From positions 64,001 to 128,000 of IMG/VR virus record IMGVR_UViG_3300037067_007264: a DNA stretch of 64,000 nt. The stretch is one strand, 5' to 3'. The translations under genes and the position numbers were made by a program. The notes under the pieces were generated by a model that did no database searches, had not been told where the DNA came from, and saw only the letters and a list, made by a program, of their open reading frames with translations. This document shows positions 63,821 to 64,000 of this stretch, piece by piece (within the stretch, counting starts at the first letter, position 1; each line of letters opens with the position of its first letter). This DNA is from a virus (Duplodnaviria > Caudoviricetes).

Positions 63821-64000
63821 ATGCTCAAAGTAAACATACTTGCTGGGTTAGTCTGTGCTGTGCTTCTTGGTGGGGTAGCACTCTATCTGAGCTACAGGTC
63901 AAACAATCCAACACCGAATAATATCGTCTTTATGAAGTACCCTGGGGCCAACCTCTGCTTTGCTACTGTGGGTTGGAGCACTAGTATGCAGACGATGGCC
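63821..64000 (+). CDS. partial membrane protein (runs off window)
   Basis: MLKVNILAGLVCAVLLGGVALYL. Confidence 0.65.
   Translation, partial: MLKVNILAGLVCAVLLGGVALYLSYRSNNPTPNNIVFMKYPGANLCFATVGWSTSMQTMA

Noticed and set aside
1-64000. CRISPR array, canonical tRNA or rRNA genes
   Set aside because: No regularly spaced direct repeats or standard cloverleaf seen by eye; only the atypical element at 29250-29392.
1-64000. Stop-codon reassignment
   Set aside because: Recognisable genes are intact under the standard code, and TAA, TAG and TGA all end coupled ORFs.

Overview
Gene-dense segment of a large (probably jumbo) dsDNA phage genome with about 140 mostly short, tightly coupled hypothetical ORFs. 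Recognisable genes: an RpoH/sigma32-like sigma factor, a macro domain, CYTH, GNATs, an HNH-type endonuclease, a radical SAM enzyme, DUF4326, a P22 gp17-like protein, a tail-fibre-like protein and an alpha/beta-hydrolase fused to a 7-blade beta-propeller. No capsid, terminase or polymerase gene, no canonical tRNA and no CRISPR array was seen. A Myxococcota host is inferred, not shown. Main signal: short peptide tags on otherwise unrelated proteins. Twelve proteins end in P-T-R-F-E-R-x-x-V-[IL] or TRF[ED]R-I; eleven others carry [DE]-[DS]-I-E-[ES]-Y-W-x-x-h-R-P, mostly at the N-terminus. Both tags vary freely at synonymous sites, never occur on the same protein, and lie almost only in units headed by one leaderless promoter motif (class A, GGTGTA-N8-13-start). 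A second leaderless motif (class B, TGAG-N16-CGTA, 21 sites with invariant spacing) heads untagged genes. There is also a 143-nt tRNA-like RNA with two T-arms, a family of small RNAs sharing a GARCGGCC/GGCCGTT stem, and an iteron/hairpin region near 44.8 kb. Many start codons were moved from the ORF track to fit these motifs. All family assignments come from visual motif recognition; no database search was run.
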